NCBI GenBank assembly: GCA_965651265.1
Contig: CBFGRV010000017.1
Span: 358 to 64,357 of the forward strand
Direction: 5' to 3'
Length of the DNA stretch: 64,000 nucleotides
DNA from: an uncultured Rhodothermales bacterium
GTDB lineage: Bacteria > Bacteroidota > Rhodothermia > Rhodothermales > VXPQ01
The notes below the pieces were generated by a model. That model worked only from the letters and a program-made list of their open reading frames with translations. It searched no databases and was not told the origin of the DNA. The position numbers were made by a program, and so were the translations under genes. Numbering within the stretch: position 1 is the first letter of the stretch; each line of letters starts with the position of its first letter. This document shows positions 24,441 through 32,944 of this stretch, piece after piece.

Positions 24441-26030
24441 ATGGGAAACGGCCGGTCTCGCCGCGCAGACCTGTGGCTCGGCTTCGACAGTGTGAGGCAC
24501 CGCTTAAGCCTCGATGCAGTGACATGGAGGTTCGCATACCTGGCCGCGGCGTGTCTCGTGGCGGCATGCTCCAGCCTGCAGCGAGCCGGGCCGCCCGGCA
24601 CATACAACGGCGCCTGGAGCATTTACCTCGCGAATCTGGGTACTTTTTCTTCGCCGCGGGCGGCCGACCTGAACGGAGATGGCGTGGCCGATATCATTCT
24701 CGGTGCCGGCCGCCAGGAGTTCATGGCCACGGACACCGCCGTCGTTGCGCTCGACGGCCGAACGGGACGCCTGCTCTGGCGCGTGGGGGCGCGCGATCAG
24801 ATCTTCGGCTCCGCCGCCCTCCATGATCTGACGCGGGATGGCGTGATGGATGTCGTAATCGGCGGCCGATCCGCCGAGCTGATCGCCATCGAAGGGGCCA
24901 CCGGAAATGTGCTGTGGAGATTCTTTGCGGATGACGACACGGCTGCCATCCGCGCCGCGGGCCTGTACAACTTCTACAATCCGCAGTTCATCGAAGACCA
25001 GGATGGCGACGGTGTCGCGGATCTGCTCGTCGCGAACGGCGGCGATGTCCTGGCTACGCCGGAAGACCACGAGCGACCGCCGGGACGCCTGATGATCATC
25101 AGCGGCCGAACGGGTGGCACGATTGCGCAGGCGCACATGCCGGATAGCCGCGAGACGTATATGTCGCCGCTTGTCGCCGACTTTGACGCCGACGGCGAGA
25201 TCGACGTGGTGTTCGGGACAGGGGGAGAGACGGTCGGAGGACACCTCTTTCGAGCACGCCTGTCGGACGTGCTCGCGGGCGATCTCTCTCCGGCCGTCGA
25301 ATTGGCGGCGAGCGACGACCGTGGCTTCATCGGCCCGCCCGTCCTGGCCGACATCACGGGGGACGGAATCCTCGACCTCATCGCCAACTCCGTCGACGGA
25401 CGGATGCTCGCCTTCGATGGATCCGACGACCGGCCCCTGTGGACCGTGCAATTGCCCCTGGCAGAATCCTACACATCACCCGCCGTCGGCTACTTCACCG
25501 ACGACGACGTGCCGGATTTCTTCGCCGTATACGCGACGGGCACGTGGCCGCACCTGGGATGGTCGCAGCAGATCATGGTGGATGGGCGCACCGGCGCCAT
25601 CGGCTTCGCGGACTCGCTCGGCCTCTACCAGACCAGCTCGCCCGTCGCCGTGGACCTCACGGGGGACGGCCGGGACGAGGTCATCCTCCCGGTCAACTAT
25701 CAGGTCATCACGGCTCTCCATCAAAAACGATTCTTCACCATGCTGGTCGCCATCGACTTCAGCACGGGAAGCGTTGTGCAGTTTGGGGATCCCCTCGATG
25801 GGTCAAATCTGGCGGCGACGCCGTGGATCGGCGATCTGGATGGCGACGGCATGCTCGATGTCGTCACCATTAATACGCCGGATACACTTCACACCTACGT
25901 CTTCAACGGGCTCCAGGTGAATCGCATCACGACCGAGATCCCCGTCGCGGCCGAGCTGCCCTGGGGAGCCTACATGGGGAGCCGTCTGGATGGAATATTC
26001 CATGCCCCGCGGCGAGGTCGCACGGACTGA
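24441..26030 (+). CDS. FG-GAP/VCBS-type beta-propeller lipoprotein
   Basis: Lipobox AACLVAACSS. Repeated DLNGDGVADII, DLTRDGVMDVV, DQDGDGVADLL, DFDADGEIDVV, DITGDGILDLI, DLTGDGRDEVI and DLDGDGMLDVV motifs. The exact start is uncertain; an alternative GTG lies near 24517. Confidence 0.8.
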   Translation: MGNGRSRRADLWLGFDSVRHRLSLDAVTWRFAYLAAACLVAACSSLQRAGPPGTYNGAWSIYLANLGTFSSPRAADLNGDGVADIILGAGRQEFMATDTAVVALDGRTGRLLWRVGARDQIFGSAALHDLTRDGVMDVVIGGRSAELIAIEGATGNVLWRFFADDDTAAIRAAGLYNFYNPQFIEDQDGDGVADLLVANGGDVLATPEDHERPPGRLMIISGRTGGTIAQAHMPDSRETYMSPLVADFDADGEIDVVFGTGGETVGGHLFRARLSDVLAGDLSPAVELAASDDRGFIGPPVLADITGDGILDLIANSVDGRMLAFDGSDDRPLWTVQLPLAESYTSPAVGYFTDDDVPDFFAVYATGTWPHLGWSQQIMVDGRTGAIGFADSLGLYQTSSPVAVDLTGDGRDEVILPVNYQVITALHQKRFFTMLVAIDFSTGSVVQFGDPLDGSNLAATPWIGDLDGDGMLDVVTINTPDTLHTYVFNGLQVNRITTEIPVAAELPWGAYMGSRLDGIFHAPRRGRTD

Positions 26031-26169
26031 GAACAGTGAGGACAGAATATGCTGTTCGAGCCATATTGCGAACGCCGCCGAGAAATCGTACGCTACACCA
26101 GGGGTCTCTCGGGCCGGAGGGAGTGTCCGGCACGTCGTATCGGCGAGCAATCCATCTAGGTGAACGAGC

Positions 26170-26643
26170 GTGAATGTCGAAGCTTCAATAACCGTTGATG
26201 CACCACCAGATGTCGTCTGGTCGGTCGTTTCGAACATCGAGGACTCACCGAAGACGATTTCGGGGATCGATGAGGTGGAGATCCTCGAAAGGCCTGCTCA
26301 GGGGCTGCTGGGATTGAAGTGGAGGGAGACTCGCACGATGGGAGGCAAGAAGGCCACCGAAACAATGTGGATCACCGACGTCCAGGAAGGATCGTATTAC
26401 GAGACCGAGGCCCGGAGTCATGGCTCCATCTATCGATCGCGTGTTGAAGTATCTGAGGGGGCAGGTGGGACCGTTCTCAAGATGCACTTCTCCGCCGAGC
26501 CCGTTTCTCTCGGTGCCAGAGTCTTCTCTTTCCTCTTCGGCCCGCTGGTCAAGGTTGCCATCAAGAAGGCTTTCATAAAGGATCTTGAGGATTCGAAGGC
26601 TGCGGCGGAAATACGCGCGACGCGGGCACCCGCAGGGAGCTGA
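26170..26643 (+). CDS. SRPBCC family protein (polyketide cyclase/dehydrase-like)
   Basis: ITVDAPPDVVWSVVSNIEDSPKTISGIDEVEILE... is a typical START/Bet v1-like N-terminus. GTG start. Confidence 0.75.
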   Translation: MNVEASITVDAPPDVVWSVVSNIEDSPKTISGIDEVEILERPAQGLLGLKWRETRTMGGKKATETMWITDVQEGSYYETEARSHGSIYRSRVEVSEGAGGTVLKMHFSAEPVSLGARVFSFLFGPLVKVAIKKAFIKDLEDSKAAAEIRATRAPAGS

Positions 26644-26691
26644 GTGAGCACCACGACGCGGTCGCTCCGGACCGGCACGACGTAAGTCTCC

Positions 26692-27330
26692 ATGTGGTAC
26701 GATCTCTTCTCCTACTTCTACGATTGGGCTCTCGAGGACCTTTACGCTCCGTATCGTCCTCTAGCGGTTGAGGCCCTCGAGCTGTCAGAGGGAGATTGCG
26801 TGTTGGATGTCCCGTGCGGCTCGGGCCAGAGTTTCCGTCTCCTCGTCGAGGCCGTTGGCCGAAAGGGACACGTAATGGGCATTGACCGCTCGAGAGGCAT
26901 GATGAACCAGGCGAGACGCCGGATTGCCCGCGCCGGATGGACGAACGTCGAGTTGCATCGTTTCGACGTGAGCCGTATGACCGCCGATCGAGTTGCCGTC
27001 GTGCTCGGACGTATGCCTCTGGACGGCGTGCTGTGTTCTCTCGGGTTGACGGCACTACCCCATTTCCAACGAACATTCGAGACCCTCTTCGCGCTCGTCC
27101 GTCCGGGCGGTCGATTCGTTCTTCTGGATGTGTATGCTCCTGAACCCACTCGCGCGTCTCGAATGGTTGAATTCGTGGCTCGAGCCGATCTATCGCGGAG
27201 GGCGTGGCGCCCTCTCGAAAAGGCATCCGAAGGGTTCCGCCGGGAAGTCGTTTCGGACGATCACGTCAAATTCGGAGGCGAGCTTTACATCGCCTCCGGC
27301 ACCAAGCCCCTCTCCCACGCCTCGATGTAA
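26692..27330 (+). CDS. Class I SAM-dependent methyltransferase
   Basis: Motif I VLDVPCGSGQS and post-I VMGIDRSRGMM. Confidence 0.8.
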   Translation: MWYDLFSYFYDWALEDLYAPYRPLAVEALELSEGDCVLDVPCGSGQSFRLLVEAVGRKGHVMGIDRSRGMMNQARRRIARAGWTNVELHRFDVSRMTADRVAVVLGRMPLDGVLCSLGLTALPHFQRTFETLFALVRPGGRFVLLDVYAPEPTRASRMVEFVARADLSRRAWRPLEKASEGFRREVVSDDHVKFGGELYIASGTKPLSHASM

Positions 27331-27426
27331 CATTCGGGTCGACACGTCCGTCTTGGTGGGGAGTTGAGGCCACACCTGCCGACTCCTCATCCCGTCCGCT
27401 GGAGATCATTGCCGGTTGGATATGCC

Positions 27427-27454
27427 CAGCCAGCAGCCAGCAACCAGTAACCAT
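27427..27454. repeat. Degenerate tandem heptamer x4: CAGCCAG CAGCCAG CAACCAG TAACCAT
   Basis: Read directly from the sequence. It lies 30-57 nt upstream of the DUF5916 ATG at 27484 and is followed by the palindrome GGACGCC-C-GGCGTCC (27464-27478). Confidence 0.6.
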
Positions 27455-27483
27455 AAACGTTGGGGACGCCCGGCGTCCTTTCA

Positions 27484-29739
27484 ATGGCGCGCACACGTGT
27501 CTTCCTGATCTCAGCCCTGCTGTGGCTCACAACAATTCCGGCGGCGGCTCAGTCGATGACCGCACCCTTTACCCCGCTCGTGCTGCCATCCGCCGAGATC
27601 ACGCGCGCAGAGGGTAAGATCTCCATCGATGGAGAGCTGACCGAGCCTGCCTGGCGGAATGCCGTGCGACTTTCAGGCTTCGCCGAGATTCAGCCCGGAG
27701 ACCAGATCCGGCCCCTCGTCGAAACGGAGGCGCTCGTCACCTACGACGAGGAGAACCTGTACATCGCATTTCGGGCCCACGATAACCCCGCCTCCGTTCG
27801 GGCAACGCTCCGCAACCGGGATCAGATTTTCCAGGATGACTGGGTGGGCATCGTCCTCGATACTTATGGCGACGCCGCGCAGGCCTACGAGATCTTCGTA
27901 AACCCGCTGGGCATTCAGGGCGACCTCTTCATGGCGTCCGGAGGCAACGAAGACGTGGGCTTCGACCTCATCTATTACACGGATGGTCGCCTCACGGATT
28001 TCGGCTATCAGGTCGAGATGGCGATTCCCTTCAGCTCCCTCCGGTTTCCGAACCTTCCCGAACAAAACTGGCGCATCACCTTTCTGCGAAACCATCCTCG
28101 CGATACCCGGCGGCTCTATTCCTGGGCATCGGCCAGCATGCATAACGCCTGCTTGCTCTGCCAGCTGGGCACGCTTAGCGGCATCGAGGGAGTGCGCCCC
28201 GGCACCAAGCTTTCGTTGATCCCGGCCTTCGTCGGTTCGCATACGGGCGCCCTCATCGATGAAGAAGATGCCGGGTCCGGATTCGACAACGAACGGATCA
28301 AGCCCGAGTTATCCGTCAATGCACGCTACGACTTCACGTCGAGCCTCGCCGCGGAAGCGAGCATCAATCCCGATTTCAGTCAGATCGAATCGGACGCCGC
28401 GCAAATCGACGTCAACTCAACCTTCGCACTCTTCTATCCCGAAAGACGCCCGTTTTTTCAGGAAGGCGGCGATCTCTTTCGTACCTGGTTGGATGTCGTC
28501 TATACGCGCTCCATCAACAACCCCATCGGAGCGATGAAGTTGACGGGCCGCGCGGGCCGAACGAGCTTCGCCTATCTGAGCGCGCTCGACCAGGATACGC
28601 CCATCTTGCTGCCATTCGAAGAGCAGAGCAACGTCGTGGGCGCGGGTCGCAGCCTGTCGAACATCGTTCGCGTTCGACACACCTTCGGTGCCAGCTCGTA
28701 CATCGGCGGCATCGTGACGGATCGACGATGGACGGAGGGTGGTGGCGGATCGACGCTGAGCTCGGATCTGCGCCTTCAATTTCTAAAAAGATACCGATTC
28801 GCGGCGCAGGTCGCCGTCAGTCAGACTGCAGAGCCGGATAGTCCCGAGCTCTCAGAGGACATAGAGGTCGAGACGTTCTCCCGCGGACGCCACACGGCCG
28901 CCTTCGATGGCGAAAGGTTCCTGGGCCACGGCATGTATCTGAGCCTGGATCGCAGTTCACGCTTCTGGAATTTCGGTATCGATTACGTGGCGCAAAGCCC
29001 GACCTTCCGAACGGCGAACGGCTTCGTCCGCCAGAACGACTATCACGAAGTGGAGGCGTACCAGGAGCTTAACTTCTGGCCCGAGAACAGCTTTTTCGTG
29101 ATGATCTCACCAGGGATCTCCCTGGAACACCAGGTCAACTTCGCCGGCGAGTTCAAGGAGGCCGAGATCACAGCCATGCTGAATTCCCGCCTCAAGGGAC
29201 AATCGTTCTTACACGTAAGCTATGTGCTGCGTCGCGAACGATTCAGCGGTCTGTTCTTCGAGAGGCTTGGGTCCTGGACCATCAGCGTCGAGAGTCAACC
29301 CACCAACCCTTTCGGGGGCGGTTTCTACGTTTCTGCAGGAGATCGCATCGCGCGGTTTGAGACGCCGCCCAGGCGAGGGAATGGCATCGAGGCGGGCGGC
29401 TATCTCAACCTAAAGCCGGTCCAGCGTCTGGTTATACAGCCCTCCATCGATTACGCCCGATTACGAGATTCCAAGATTGGCGAGGAGTTTTTCAACGGTT
29501 TCATCATCCGGACCAGCGCGAGCGTTCAACTCTCTCGAGCCCTTTCGGTGCGGCTCATCACGCAACACGATCACTTCGATGACCGGCTCGACCTGGAGCC
29601 TCTCATCTCCTATCAGCTAAATCCGTTCTCCGTGGTCTACCTGGGCTCCACGCACGACTATGGCCGGCTGGAAACGAACAGCTTCCACCCGATGGAGCGG
29701 CAGATCTTCTTCAAGTTCCAGTATCTCATTCGGCAATAA
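27484..29739 (+). CDS. CBM9-like plus DUF5916 domain outer-membrane-type protein
   Basis: Signal peptide MARTRVFLISALLWLTTIPAAAQS. The N-terminal segment IDGELTEPAWRNA...ALVTYDEENLYIAFRAHD is typical of the CBM9-like module of DUF5916 proteins. The C-terminus is long and beta-rich, ending in an aromatic-rich tail (FFKFQYLIRQ). Confidence 0.75.
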   Translation: MARTRVFLISALLWLTTIPAAAQSMTAPFTPLVLPSAEITRAEGKISIDGELTEPAWRNAVRLSGFAEIQPGDQIRPLVETEALVTYDEENLYIAFRAHDNPASVRATLRNRDQIFQDDWVGIVLDTYGDAAQAYEIFVNPLGIQGDLFMASGGNEDVGFDLIYYTDGRLTDFGYQVEMAIPFSSLRFPNLPEQNWRITFLRNHPRDTRRLYSWASASMHNACLLCQLGTLSGIEGVRPGTKLSLIPAFVGSHTGALIDEEDAGSGFDNERIKPELSVNARYDFTSSLAAEASINPDFSQIESDAAQIDVNSTFALFYPERRPFFQEGGDLFRTWLDVVYTRSINNPIGAMKLTGRAGRTSFAYLSALDQDTPILLPFEEQSNVVGAGRSLSNIVRVRHTFGASSYIGGIVTDRRWTEGGGGSTLSSDLRLQFLKRYRFAAQVAVSQTAEPDSPELSEDIEVETFSRGRHTAAFDGERFLGHGMYLSLDRSSRFWNFGIDYVAQSPTFRTANGFVRQNDYHEVEAYQELNFWPENSFFVMISPGISLEHQVNFAGEFKEAEITAMLNSRLKGQSFLHVSYVLRRERFSGLFFERLGSWTISVESQPTNPFGGGFYVSAGDRIARFETPPRRGNGIEAGGYLNLKPVQRLVIQPSIDYARLRDSKIGEEFFNGFIIRTSASVQLSRALSVRLITQHDHFDDRLDLEPLISYQLNPFSVVYLGSTHDYGRLETNSFHPMERQIFFKFQYLIRQ

Positions 29740-29742
29740 GGA

Positions 29743-30297
29743 CTATCCGACCTGAGGCAGATACCGCTCCTTTAGAATGCGACTGTGGTGCTCGAGGTGT
29801 CCGGCCAGAATATAGGCCAGTGCCCGGACGGTAACTTCGTACCCGCTGGCCTCCCCGCGTCGCAGCCACGCCTCCTCCGGCAGATAGCGAAAAAGGGCCA
29901 CCGTCGCCGCCCGCAACGACCTGAATTCATCGATGTGACTGCTCAAAGAACGTGAATCCGCCGCCATGGCGGCCGCCGCTATATCCTGATCGAAGCTCGG
30001 AAGAGGCGCATCAAGACCTCTCCCAAAGCACAGTGCCCGGAACGAAAAAAGGCGCTCCGTATCGTTGATGTGCCCCAGCACCTCGCGGATGCTCCATTTG
30101 CCCTCCCCATATCGATGCAGAGAAGCGTCTTCGGAGACAGGCTTCAGTAATGCGAGGAGCTCTCCCTCTTGCCGTGCCAGGATCTCGACAATATCTCCAT
30201 CCCCGACCTGATCGATGTACTTGTGGTAATAGTCGGCCGCCTCGTCGCGTAAGGGACGGGCGACCGGCGCAGTGCGGGTTGTCGACGATGTATTCAT
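29743..30297 (-). CDS. DinB family protein
   Basis: ATG at 30295-30297 (reverse complement) gives 184 aa: ...YYHKYIDQV...WSIREVLGHINDTERLFSFR...LAGHLEHHSRIL (DinB His triad). The upstream part of ORF 29743..30966 overlaps the DUF1080 gene and was trimmed. Confidence 0.8.
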   Translation of the reverse strand: MNTSSTTRTAPVARPLRDEAADYYHKYIDQVGDGDIVEILARQEGELLALLKPVSEDASLHRYGEGKWSIREVLGHINDTERLFSFRALCFGRGLDAPLPSFDQDIAAAAMAADSRSLSSHIDEFRSLRAATVALFRYLPEEAWLRRGEASGYEVTVRALAYILAGHLEHHSRILKERYLPQVG

Positions 30298-30319
30298 TTC
30301 TTGACTGGTTGGAGGGTGA

Positions 30320-31480
30320 TTAGTTGGAGAGCGGCTGAACGCGAAGCCCCTTGTACTCGATGGCGCCCAGGCTATGGTTCTGGATGGCGATGCGGCCGGA
30401 ATCCGGCAGTTCGAGGTCATCGGCCTCCGCAACGAGTCGGCCGTTGATAAGTACGCGCGAATGAGCTCCGTTGGAGATGACCTGCATAAAACACCATTGG
30501 CCGCTACGGCATCCGGCGTCGATGGCCGGCGCAATGCCGTAAATGCTCCCGGTTGGGTGCGTCGCCGTGGGGACGTCGTAGATCTGCACCTCGTAGTGGT
30601 CGGATAAACCTTCTCGATCCTGCATGCGATAGAAGATTCCGCCGTTGGCATGTGCCGTGGTCTTGAAGTATGTGCGGAACTCGAATCCGGTAAAGGATTG
30701 ATTCGTCGCCAACACTCCGTCACCGCCGCTGCCAATGAGGCACCCGTCTCGTACCTCCCAGATTGCTTCGCCCTCGGCCACCCAACCATCCAGGTCGCGC
30801 CCGTTGAACAACGAAATCCACTCGCCGTCGGACCCCGGCAGCTCCTTGATGCGCGCGTTCCGAAAACGAAAGGGAGTCCCGATGTCCTCGAACCCGATGT
30901 ACCCGCTCCGCAGTCGGTCTCGGAACGGCTCCGTATCGAGGACGACATCATGGATGAGGGTATCATTCATCCACACGCGAAGCTCGGGCCATTCCATGTG
31001 GATGCGCAGTGCGTTCCACTCGTCGCCGGCCTTGTTGGCGATGCGAAGCGGGGTCAGGAGATCGTAAAGCGCCCCTGTAGAGCGCGTGCCCTGGTCGGCG
31101 CGGTCATGCCTCAGATGGATCTTGTATCCGCTCCTCGCCGGATCGCCGTGCAGCGGCGCATGAAAGTAGATGCCGCCCTCCGCCCAGGCAACGGGCTGAT
31201 ATTCGAGCTCCAGAATGAAATTCTCGTACGTCTCCGGGCTTCGAAGCCAGTTCGGATAGTTCGTGGGATGCTCGAGGGAGAGGACGCCTTCGGAGATGCT
31301 GAACGCGCCCGGCTCGCCCATCTCCACCCAGCCGCCGAGGTCATTGCCCTCAAAGAGCGGAATGAAATCGTCCGCTCCATTCCGAAAAGCCGACGCGACG
31401 AGCGCGCCCACGACCAGTACGAGGGGCAGCAGGATCGGAATAGATGGGAAGAAGGGATGGAGTTGGAGAAGCTGTCTCAT
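30320..31480 (-). CDS. Tandem DUF1080 (3-keto-disaccharide hydrolase family) protein, secreted or membrane-anchored
   Basis: Two repeats each begin with the family motif: FIPLFEGNDLGGWV and WISLFNGRDLDGWV. They end with IGFEDIGTPFRFRNARIKEL and IAIQNHSLGAIEYKGLRVQPL. ATG at 31478-31480 gives the anchor MRQLLQLHPFFPSIPILLPLVLVVGALVA. Confidence 0.8.
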   Translation of the reverse strand: MRQLLQLHPFFPSIPILLPLVLVVGALVASAFRNGADDFIPLFEGNDLGGWVEMGEPGAFSISEGVLSLEHPTNYPNWLRSPETYENFILELEYQPVAWAEGGIYFHAPLHGDPARSGYKIHLRHDRADQGTRSTGALYDLLTPLRIANKAGDEWNALRIHMEWPELRVWMNDTLIHDVVLDTEPFRDRLRSGYIGFEDIGTPFRFRNARIKELPGSDGEWISLFNGRDLDGWVAEGEAIWEVRDGCLIGSGGDGVLATNQSFTGFEFRTYFKTTAHANGGIFYRMQDREGLSDHYEVQIYDVPTATHPTGSIYGIAPAIDAGCRSGQWCFMQVISNGAHSRVLINGRLVAEADDLELPDSGRIAIQNHSLGAIEYKGLRVQPLSN

Positions 31481-31625
31481 CGTGCCGCGCTGTGCATGCC
31501 GTTTGTAATGTTTATCATCAGACCGGATTCCGTTCCATGGATACGACAGGGGCGCCCGGATTGATGGAGCGAGAGCCGCGTGAATGGCGGCCAAGAAGCA
31601 ACAGATCATCAGAACCGAGGACCAC

Positions 31626-32183
31626 ATGCCGACAGAACGCGAAAAGATGGTGGCCGGCGAGCTCTACAATCCGCTCGATCCGGAATTGGTACACGGCCGG
31701 AGGCGCGCACGCGATTTGCTCGTTGAGATCAATTCCACGCGTGATGCGGACGTGGAGCGGCGAAGGGCGCTTTTTGCCGATCTCTTTGCGGAATGTGGGG
31801 ATGGATTGCTCATAGAGCCGCCCTTCTTTTGCGACTACGGGTTCAACATTTCCGTCGGCAACCGGGTCTTCATGAATTTCAACTGCGTCATCCTGGATGT
31901 GGCGCCTGTACGCATCGGAGACCGCGCGCTGATCGGGCCTGCCGTGCAGATCTATGCGGCTACTCACCCTCTTCGAGCGGACGTGCGCCAGGAGGGCCTC
32001 GAACTGGGCCGGCCTGTCACGCTCGGAGACGACGTATGGATCGGCGGCGGCGCTATCATCCTGCCGGGTGTTCGGGTAGGGAATCGTGTCGTTATCGCCG
32101 CCGGCGCCGTGGTCTCGAAGGACGTGCCCGATGACGTGGTCGTCGCCGGTAACCCGGCTCGCGTGATCCGTACGATCGAGTAA
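31626..32183 (+). CDS. maa: Maltose/sugar O-acetyltransferase (left-handed beta-helix)
   Basis: MPTEREKMVAGELYNPLDPELV is the Mac N-terminal domain. Hexapeptide repeats and a C-terminal VVAGNPARVIR are present. Confidence 0.85.
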   Translation: MPTEREKMVAGELYNPLDPELVHGRRRARDLLVEINSTRDADVERRRALFADLFAECGDGLLIEPPFFCDYGFNISVGNRVFMNFNCVILDVAPVRIGDRALIGPAVQIYAATHPLRADVRQEGLELGRPVTLGDDVWIGGGAIILPGVRVGNRVVIAAGAVVSKDVPDDVVVAGNPARVIRTIE

Positions 32184-32222
32184 CCGTTCGCCCGCAAGCG
32201 CTATCAACCAGGAAGATCCACC

Positions 32223-32741
32223 ATGGCGAGCATCGCTCTCCGTCACGCGCGACCCTCAGATGCCGCGCTTCTCCGGTACTGGGACGAACAGCCGCATGTC
32301 AACGCCGCCAATCCAAACGATGACGAGAATTGGGAATACGAACTTCGCCGGAGCCCCGAGTGGAGGGAGTTGCTCATCGCCGAGGAGGCCGGCCGCCCGG
32401 TCGGGATGATGCAGATCATCGACCCGTACCTTGAAGAAAGCCGTTACTGGGGAAACGTGCCGCGCGGACTTCGTGCCATCGACATCTGGATCGGAGAGGC
32501 CGATGCACTCGGGCGCGGGCTGGGAACGGAAATGATGCGCCAGGCTCTTGAGCGCTGCTTCGCGGATCCTTCCGTGTCGGCCGTACTGGTCGATCCCCTT
32601 GAGAGCAATGTCCGGGCGCATCGCTTCTATGAGCGACTCAACTTCCGCTTCGTTGAACGTCGCCGATTCGGCCCGGATGATTGCTACGTTTACCGGCTGG
32701 ACAGACACATCTGGGAAGGGGGAGAAGGTAGGCAGCCGTAA
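32223..32741 (+). CDS. GNAT family N-acetyltransferase (Acetyltransf_8 / AAC(6')-like subgroup)
   Basis: IDIWIGEADALGRGLGTEMMRQAL (acetyl-CoA binding motif A, R/Q-x-x-G-x-G/A) and NVRAHRFYERLNF. Confidence 0.75.
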   Translation: MASIALRHARPSDAALLRYWDEQPHVNAANPNDDENWEYELRRSPEWRELLIAEEAGRPVGMMQIIDPYLEESRYWGNVPRGLRAIDIWIGEADALGRGLGTEMMRQALERCFADPSVSAVLVDPLESNVRAHRFYERLNFRFVERRRFGPDDCYVYRLDRHIWEGGEGRQP

Positions 32742-32944
32742 AGAGGGTAGGCTCGATGAGGGACAGCTCGGGATCGTAAGGCTGCTCGAGCTCGAATCGC
32801 AACGCGGTGCCGCTTGCTTCCTACTTTGTCTTTTCCGCGTCTAGTTCTACTTTGTTACCGCGGAACCGGCACCTCCCGGGCATCAAGGATTGCTTCGCGG
32901 GGTGTGGGAGTGGCCACCTCGCCGATCACATTGCGGCCGGTATA

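Noticed and set aside
24504-25451. 315-aa minus-strand ORF, with similar long antisense ORFs at 9230..10201, 12178..13344, 34319..35101 and 45116..46156
   Set aside because: Each lies wholly inside a sense-strand gene with strong domain evidence (FG-GAP repeats, FtsX permease, DUF4153-like membrane protein, kinase fusion, KaiC-like protein). All have Arg/Gly/Asp-rich, shadow-frame composition.
27427-27454. Heptamer tandem repeat considered as a CRISPR or minisatellite element
   Set aside because: It has only four decaying 7-bp units and no spacers. No cas genes or similar repeats occur elsewhere in the window. It is reported only as a short tandem repeat.
30298-30966. N-terminal 220 aa of the 407-aa ORF 29743..30966
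   Set aside because: This part overlaps the DUF1080 gene in another frame and is Ser/Thr/Arg/Pro-rich. DinB homology begins only after the internal ATG at 30297, which gives a normal 184-aa DinB protein.
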